A DNA stretch of 64,000 nt from Iphione sp. A-MEVVRFRX5. Taxonomy: Eukaryota. The stretch spans positions 76,942,001-77,006,000 of the forward strand of contig OZ320316.1 of NCBI GenBank assembly GCA_976226885.1, in the 5' to 3' direction. The position numbers and the translations under genes are program-made. Shown here piece by piece: positions 52,801 through 61,800 of this stretch. Below the pieces are notes generated by a model. The model saw nothing but the letters and a program-made list of their open reading frames with translations. It was not told the DNA's origin and did no database searches. Positions within the stretch are counted from its first letter, which is position 1; each line of letters begins with the position of its first letter.

Positions 52801-55800
52801 ATCACATCCCCTGTATTTGGATCGAGTATTTCCTTGTCAATAGCCTCTTCCATTGTAAGCAATTTGCCACTCTCCGGATCTCTCACTTTGATCGTGTTTG
52901 GATCTATTATACCCTTTTTGGCGGCATCTTGGAAGGTCAACATTTCTTTGGTTTTGGGGTCTATGATCTTACCTGCATCTTCACTAAAGAGATCTTGTTC
53001 CAGCACCTCATTCATAGCCAATGGTTTCTTTAGAGTTTGGTCTAGTATATATTGGTTTTGAGCTGCTTCACTGAGAGTCTGTACCTGACCATCTTCACCT
53101 TCTATCACACCAGTCTGAGGATCAAACACCTTTCGGAGAATTGCCTCCTCCAGTCCAATCTTTTCATCGGTTTTGGGATCTCTGATCTGGGAACGTTCTG
53201 GGTCGATTAGTCCCGTCTGAATGGCCTCCGCCACTGTCAGTTTCACCCCTGTTACGGGGTCTATTAATGACCCCGTCTCTTCATAATAGAGGTCTGCTTT
53301 GATGGCGTCAAGCAGGCTTAGACCAGGCCGGTCAACGTTTACGATAAGATCCCTTGCCAAGGCCTGTGCAGCGTTCACTTGATTCTGCGTCTGCGAGTCA
53401 ACGATCGAGCCAGTCTGTGGATCAAAGACACCTTCAAAAATGGCATCTTCTAAGTTCAGGATTCTTCGGCTGTCTGGTTCCATGATGAGGCTTGCCGCAC
53501 TGTCGATTACACCATTGTCAATGGCCTCCTTGAGTGACATTGGTTGTCCTGATGCCGGATCTATGACCTTTCCCGTATCAGGATCAAAGGCCCCGGAGGT
53601 CAAGGCGTAATGAAGGGTCATGCCCGCCTCAGATAGCACCTCTTCTGTCTGCAGCGAGTCAAGCAGGCTGATCTCTTCTCCGGTTTGCTTGTTCTGGATG
53701 GTACTTGTCTGTAGATCAATCAACCCGTCTTGAATGGCATTATCCAATGTCACATCCCCCACCCATGGAACGTGCACAATGGTACTGGCACCATCGATAA
53801 GTCCACTCTGAAGAGCTTCAACAACAGTGATATCTTTCCTCGTGTCTGGGTCTCTGATGGTTCCATCTTTATTTACCAGCCCTTCTGAGACGGCGTCCTG
53901 AAGTGTTCTTCCTTGTTTGGCCGGTTCTACATCTATGATTTTTCCACCTGCGACCGCATGTCCAAGGCTTGTAGGAAGCCCCGTCTTCAAATCGATAAGG
54001 TTTCCACGTTCTGGATCAATCATTCCTTGTTTAATAGCATCATTCAATGAAATAATATTCCCGCTAGGGTGCTGTACGATCCCTGATTTGTCAGGATCAA
54101 TCAGATTGCAGCTTATGGCTTGTTGTACTGTCATTGACTCTCCTGTCTGTGGATCCTTTATGGTGCCATCAACGGCATTGAAGAGACCCTGTTCTACAAT
54201 ATCCGCTAGGCCCATGCCCTCTGTTTCCTCTTCAGACTGAGATGCCACTGCAACATCAACGTAAATGCCCCTTTCCAGTGCCTCCTTCAGTGACAATGGC
54301 TTTCCCATTTCAGCGTGCAAGAAAGAGCCGCTTCTTGGTTCAACATACCCTTCTGAAATACCATTTTCGAGGTCCATTGGGTGGTCAAGGCCGGGTGCGT
54401 AAATCGCAGTTCGCTTGGGATCAATAAGGCCCGAATAAATAGCCTCTTGGAGGGTTAGGACCCGACCACTCTCAGGATCTTCAATACTAGCTGTTTCAAC
54501 GTTAAACAAGCCTTCTTTTACTGCTTCATGGAGGCTCAATTCAGTTCTCGCCTGGACAGCTTCTACAACAAGTCCCTTGTCTAGCGCATCTCTTAAACTT
54601 AGGCGTTGACCAGCTGCAACATCAGACACATTACCTGTTTGGCCATTTACTAGGCCTGTGTCTATTGCCTCTTTTAGAGTGACATCAACGTCTCGCTCGG
54701 TATCTCTCACAACAACGGTTTCAGCTTTTATCAATTCCTGTTGGACTGCATCTGCGAAGTTGTATTTTTGGCCCGTAGCTGGGTCAGTAACTTGACCATC
54801 ATCCGTATTGACGACTCCCTGTTTAATGGCCTCTTCTAACGACATTGGCAAATGAGGACCCTCGACAAGCAGACCCTCCTTAATTGCAACGGCAAGACTT
54901 TGAGTAGTTCCAGTCTCTGGGTTGTAAACGGTACCGGTGCTGGCATTGATCATTCCGGTTTCAACCGCTTCATCATAGTCTATTAATTTACCAGAACGTG
55001 GATCACGGAATTTAATGGTTTCTTTATTAATGAGGCCTTGGTCCGCCGCTTCATCCAGTGTCATGACTACTAACGTCTTGGGGTGTGTTATTTGACCTGT
55101 AGACTCATTAATCAGATTCTCTTCGACTGCAGCTTTCAGTGCTATTGGGAATTCGGTAATCTCGGAATCAATCACCAGCCCCTTTTTATAGGCTTCAGAC
55201 AAGGGCGTTTCCTCTCCTGTCATGGTGTCGATAAGAATGCCCATGTTTGTATCAAAAACCCCACTTTCGATGGCATCTTCCAAAGTTATTCTCCTCCCAT
55301 CACCTGGATTTTCAATTTCTGAGTAAAGGTCCAGGAGGCCTTGCTCAACAGCAGCATCAAGTGTGAGCTCTTCCTTTGTGTCTGGATGGAGAATGGTATT
55401 TGTTTCTGGGTTGTAGTGACCATCTTTTAGGGCTTGGGACAATGTTAAAACTGATAAAGGAACCTTATCGTCTAACCCGGATTCATCAGGTAACACATCA
55501 GCCAAGGACATTCTAGTGCCCGCCTGTGAATCGAATACTACACCTGATATGATGTCCAACACACCCTGATCAACTGCTTCATTCAGTGTGACTTCTTCTT
55601 GTGTAGATGGATTCACAATGACTGACTGCGGGTCGACGATACCTCTCTCAAGGGCTTCTTTGAGTGTAACTTCTTTGTTCGTCAATGGATCTTGAACCGT
55701 GTTCCGCGCAATGTTGTAGGACCCATTGTCAATCGCTTCTGCTATGGTAAACGGCTGTTTACAAGCGCTTTCAGCCAGAGGACTGATTGAACCAGTGTTG

Positions 55801-58800
55801 ATATTTATGACTTTTCCAGTCGCGGGATCTAGTATCCTTTCGCTGATGGCTTCCTCCAGCGTCAATCGATCACCAGTAGCTGGGTCTACGATGTATGATT
55901 GTGGGTCAAGTACGCCGAGATCAATTGCCTTTCCTAATGGCACTGCCTCTTCGGATATTGGATCAATCACGGCATTAGTCTCTGAATTGAGAAGGCCTTG
56001 ACGAACGGCCTCATCGACTGTCATCCCTCCCTTTCGCCCAGCGCGCTTCCTTCGTGACTTGGTGGAATGTCTCAGAGAGAACTTCTCCCCGGTGTGAACA
56101 TTGATGACATTGCCATGCCGTGCATCCAGCACGCCACATGCTGTGGCTCGCGCTAGTGCCATCTCCTCTCCTGTGGCGGGATCTATGATGGTCGACTGAG
56201 TATCGATCAGTCCTTCCTCCATGGCTTCCTCCAGAGTAAAGAAACGGCGACAAGTTGGGTCGAGGAATTTGCATGTCACCTCATTGAAGAGACCTATGTC
56301 GATTGCTGTGGCAATGGACATTGGCCGGGCAATCATTATTCCACGATCTAATGCTTCTGTAAGTGGTATTAACTCGTGTGATGCCCTGTCCTTTAGGTAT
56401 CCGGTTTTCCCATTCACCATACCTGCTTGAATGGATTCTTTCAGATTAATTACAGCTCCACTAGCGGGATCATTGAGAACTACTGATGTGTCATCCAGTA
56501 CACCTCGGTCAATTGCTTGTTTCAGGGTGATTTCTTCTTCAGTGCTTGGGTCAATGAACTGGCCTGTGTCTACGTTGTACAGGCCATCATCGATCATATT
56601 CAGAAGTGACATTGGCTCTGCCAGCTGTTTACCTTCGTACAAATAACCCAACTCCACTGCTTTCTCCAACGGAAACTCTGTACCCTTTGAATCGGTTATG
56701 ATGCCTTGTGTGAAATCTACCAGTCCCATTTCTTTGAGTACACCCAATGGGACTATTTTGCCGGATGAAGGGTCTTGGACCATAGCGTTTTCAATGTTGA
56801 TAAGCCCTGAATCCAAAGCGGCATTCATTGTCATTCTCTGCCCCGTGCTGGGATCTGAAACCAAGTTCTTCTCCGGAATGTATATGCCACTTTTTATTGC
56901 ATCCACTATTGACACTACAAATTCTTTTCCAACCTGAGCTACACTATCTGGATGTCCCCCAGCCTCTCTGAGCAGGTCCTCTGATGAGTCCTGAATGTCC
57001 CCTCCGACAATGTCTTTTGGGGTGATGACTATACCTCGCTCAACAGCGTCTGATATTGACACCATTGCCCCCGTTGACGGGTCCTTGACCACACACTTTT
57101 CTGTGTCCACCAATCCCATGGATATGGCTTCATCTAATGACATTGTACTTCCCGTGAGAGGATCGTAGAGCGACGCTTGAGAGTCTAAAAGCTCTTTTAT
57201 CATTTCAAGCAGGTTCTCCTTTTCCTCCCCCATTGGTGTGAAATCTTCAAATTCTGTCTGTTCCGTCATTTGTGAGTCTTCCATCCGTTCATCCCTGTCA
57301 ACAATCATCTTCTGGGCTACTGCCTCTTGGAATCCTATGGGTCTCCCCACAGTTACGTCCATCAACTCCCCAGATTTGGGATCGACAAGTCCCGTGTCTA
57401 TGGCCTCTGAGAGAGGGACCTCTCTATTTGTTGACGGGTCAATCACCACCATCGATTTGGGATCGACTACTTTGGCATCGAGAGCTTCTTTAAAGGTTAA
57501 CGACCTACCTGTACTGGGAACCTTCATCGTTTTCGACTTACCATCAAAATAGCTTTCTGCAGCTTTCTTTATTAAAAGTGGCGCCAAAATCGGTGCCGCA
57601 ACCACGGCAAGCAAACCCTTCTTCACCGAATCTGCAAAAGAAACACTACTCCCTGTCCTGGTATTAGATATTCTACCTGTCTCTGGATCCATTATACCCC
57701 GTTCGAATGCTTCAGTCAGAGCTATATCCTCCCCACTGTTGGGATCATGAACCTTAACTGAAGACCTATCTACTATACCTTTCTCAATGGCTTGGAGCAA
57801 CGGATATGTTCTACCTGATGTTTCTTCTGTGACAAGCCCTGCATCAGCATCATACTGGCCGCTTCGTGCAAGTTGTTCAAGTGTGGGTACACTAGATATT
57901 TCCACAATAAGTCCTTGCTTATAGGCCTCCGCAACAGGCATAGGCTGACCTGTTTGTGTATTATATACGACGCCTTCCTCTATATTTAACACACCTCTAG
58001 CTACTGCCTCCTTCAAATCAAGTCTCTCACCAGTAGATGGGTCGGAGACCGCTGATGACTGGGCATTGATATAACCTTTATCTATGGCATCCTTTAATGG
58101 CATCTCCTCGCCTGACACCGGGTCTGTAAACCTACCGGTGTTAGTATCTATACTGCCTGATTCTAAAGCCTCAGCTAAGGACACACTTTCCTCTGGGGTT
58201 AGGGACTTACGCTTGGGAATGACTGGTATGGACAAGTCATCTCTTGTATAAGTGGTCTGTGAAACAACTGCCTCAGCCGGATCACGTTTCAGGACCTTAG
58301 CAGGAGGCTCGGCCGTATCCTCCGTACTCTCTATGATATGGAGAGGAGTGAGCTCCTTGGTTTCATGGGACACCGTGGATATATCCGACAGGGGTCGACC
58401 TTGCTCCGTGGAGGCCTGTACCAAACCAATCTGTGCGGTCTCCCCTGCAGACAAAGTTTTAGTGTCCACTGCAGGGATTAAGTCACTAGTCGGTGTATCT
58501 GTGATCCCTTGCTCTGCAGCAGTGGCTGTTTCACGCTGCTCCTTGATCAGAGGCACCTCCGGTTTAACCTGTTCTAATTCCTGTAATGCAAAGTCATTAA
58601 GTGCAACGAAAACAGTCAAGGAATATGAAAAACAGTTCACGTGGGAGTAAGTGGAGAGGTTAATTTCCTTGAAAATAAAAAGAAGCTCTTTTAACATTTT
58701 AAAGTGAAATGTCAATCACTGCATTTGTTTACACACAGATGTGCCAAGTCTGGTAGTGACATACTAAGAATACAAAACGCAAGTTCACTACAAGAATCAG

Positions 58801-61800
58801 CACAACTGGAAATGGTGTTCTTACCCTCTCGAAGATGGAGGACACAGCAGTGGAAACCCCAGAAACCTGGTCATCGTGCGAATCGTGATCATAAGGTGTG
58901 GCGATGTGACGATCCACTGCTTCGGAAAGGGACAGAGCTTCGCCGGTTCTGATGTTAACAACTCTTTCAGGTCCAGCCATCTGGAAGCCTGGCTGAATCA
59001 CGTAGCTTGTGGGGCCCTCGCTGGATGTCTCACTCAATGGCCGCTCTGCTTTTACTGGAGCCGCTTTGATAAGTTCCTCTTCCTGTTTCTGTACATCGGA
59101 TGAATCCATGGGCTCCGAGAACCCATTTGTCTCAGTTCTGGCTGGAGTGACTGTGGCAGTCAAAGTGTCTTTGGCTGGTTTTTCTTCAGTTTTGCCATTT
59201 AGGAGGAGGTTCTCATCCTTACTCTTTTGCCTTTTCGGCCTGGGTGGTGGTGTTGGCGGCGCTGCTCTTTTAGGGGATGTCGGTGTCTCTTTGAGTTTCC
59301 CACCTGCACTCGGTAGTTTGGTAGTTATCAGGCCACGCTTAACTGCTTCGTCTAGAGGTAACACGCGGCCAGTGTTCGGGTCCGAAAACTCACAAGTCAC
59401 TTGATTGTAAAGTCCTCTTTCCAGGGCATCCGCAAAAGACACGCTACGCAGGCTCTCGTCTTCATCAGGTGTAGAGGTCCTGTCTGGAACTGATATGAAG
59501 CCCAGCAGGATTGCCTCATCAACAGTTATCTTTTGGCCTGTCTTGGGGTTGATCATCGTCCCGGTGGCAGCATCTACAATGCCACGTGCAAGAGCTTCCT
59601 GTAATGGTACCCTACCCCCTTCTTCGGTTAATATGAGCAGGCCTGCATCAGCCGCCTCTTCCAGTGGGAACCTATCGCCTGTCAGAGGGTTGAAATACTC
59701 CCGTGTTTGCAGGTCAATAAGGCCACGGGCCAGAGCATCTTGGAATGTGAGTTCACTCTCCAGGGTCTCATCAGTGGAGGAGGGAGGATAATCCTCTCTA
59801 CTTAATTCAGTAGATTCTGATGGCGGTGGCTCAACGCTGCTATCGTACTTCTCCGTGTCAGTATCCACACCATCAGCTACTTTTCTCAAAACTTCTGAAT
59901 CTTCTTGAATTCTCTTCGGCTTTTCATCTTTTGACGTTCCGTTCTGTACTGGTGTTTCTATGAATGATTGTTTTTTGCCATCCTGATAATCCTTCAAGTC
60001 ACTTTGCTCAACAAGCGAGTCTTGTTGGGCTTCTGAGTATAACAACCCTCCGCCTTTATCAGCGATTGCTCCTCCTGTGTCTGTTTTCTCTGCGATGGCA
60101 TCCTCCTTAGAGGAAGACTGCCACGAGGATTCAGGAGCCTCGCCATCCCTCACCTTGGAGGGGCCTGAGCCTATATCAGGTGGCGGGGGCTGTTCTCCCG
60201 TATCCTCACGGTGGTGCGGTGTGGAGAGGCCGGCCTCGCGAAAAAACGACTGCGACTCCATCTTGTAGGACTTGGAAACCTGCTGGCTGCTGACTTGCTG
60301 GCTGCTGATGTGCTGGCCTTCCTGGGCGCCGGTCTTCACATGTCTCTGCTCAATAGCTCTTTCCAGTGGCATCCTTTCGCCTGTGACCACATTGATGAAT
60401 TCTTCTTTCTCAGTGTCCAGCATATGCCTTTGAATAGCTTCTGTCACGGACAGTTCTCGTCCGTTCATTGGGTCGATAACACCGGTGACATGGACGGATT
60501 TCGCTGGTTTGGGTGTTTGCGCGCGCTGGAGTGTCTCATGCCCTTTAGTGAGGGCCTTGATGTAACCCCTTTCTATTGCTTCTTGGAATGCCATCGTTTC
60601 ACCTGACACGGTATCTACATAAGTACCGCTGTTAGGGTTCAGAATTCCCCTTCTAACGGCCTCCATCAAAGCAACTTCTTCTCCTGTTTTCCTATCAATC
60701 ACAGACGAGATATGCATCACTTCGGTTTCCTTCTTAGTTTGAATTGTTGCATAGGTGGTAGCATCCTGTGGCAGGTCATCATAGTCGGGTTCTTCCACCT
60801 CTTCTGCCTTGATGAATCCCTGCACGATGGCAGCCCTGATACTAATACTTCTGGCTGTGATGGGATCAATGTACATGCCTTGTGTTTTGTTGATAAGACC
60901 ACGACGTTCGGCCTCTACAGGGTCATACCACACGCCGGAGTTGGGATCCCTCACTGACTTCAGTGAGTACACGGTGGGGAGGGGCATGATTCCTGACTCA
61001 ATTATGGCCGATTTCCGTCCAACTTGATCAAGCGTCTCCGTGATTACTAAGCCTTTGTGGATTGCCAGTGAAATCGGTATGATTTCATCGGTTTCTAGAT
61101 TGACAAACTGGTTTTTCTCACGATCAACGATTTTGTGCCGGACTGCATCAGCGATGGGGATTTCCTCCCCCGTACGTGGATCAATCACAGACTTGATGGC
61201 GTAGGATTTTGTTTCTCTTCCTATCGCAGTAGAGGAAGGAAGTGTACCTTCGTGAGCAATCACTAGTCCACAATCTATGGCATCTTGAATGCTCATTGTG
61301 CGATTGTTCTTTTTGTCAACATACTTCGATACGTCTTTGTCAAGCAGACCACGCTGAATAGCTTGGTCTACGGGTACCTTTTCGTCTGTTCGAGTATCGT
61401 AGGCAGCTACAACTGTATACGATTTTGTCTCCATAATGGCTGTGGCAGAGAGGACCGTGCCAGCTTCGGAGCCGTCCATTTCATCGGCAATGATCAGACC
61501 CTGGTCATAGGCTTCGTGAATAGGGATACTATCACCAGTCTGAGGGTTGACATACACTCCTCGGTCAACGTCTAGAATGCCTCTGTTTGTGGCTGACGTG
61601 GGGCTGAGCTTCTCCTTTGTCATTGGGTCGATGACCGCCTTGATGTTGAACGTTTGGCGTCCACGTGTAATGTCTACACTCTTCTTCAGCTCTGTCTCCT
61701 CAGTGGTGACCGATCTAGACTGGATAAAGCCCTCCCTTACAGCATCAGCAAAAGTCATTGAATGGCCACTTCGGTTATCGATGTAAAGCTGTTGGTCTGG

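Noticed and set aside
58581-58824. ORF-track start MTFHFK... and end ...WHICV
   Set aside because: Both are read-through into the 244-bp intron, which has good splice signals
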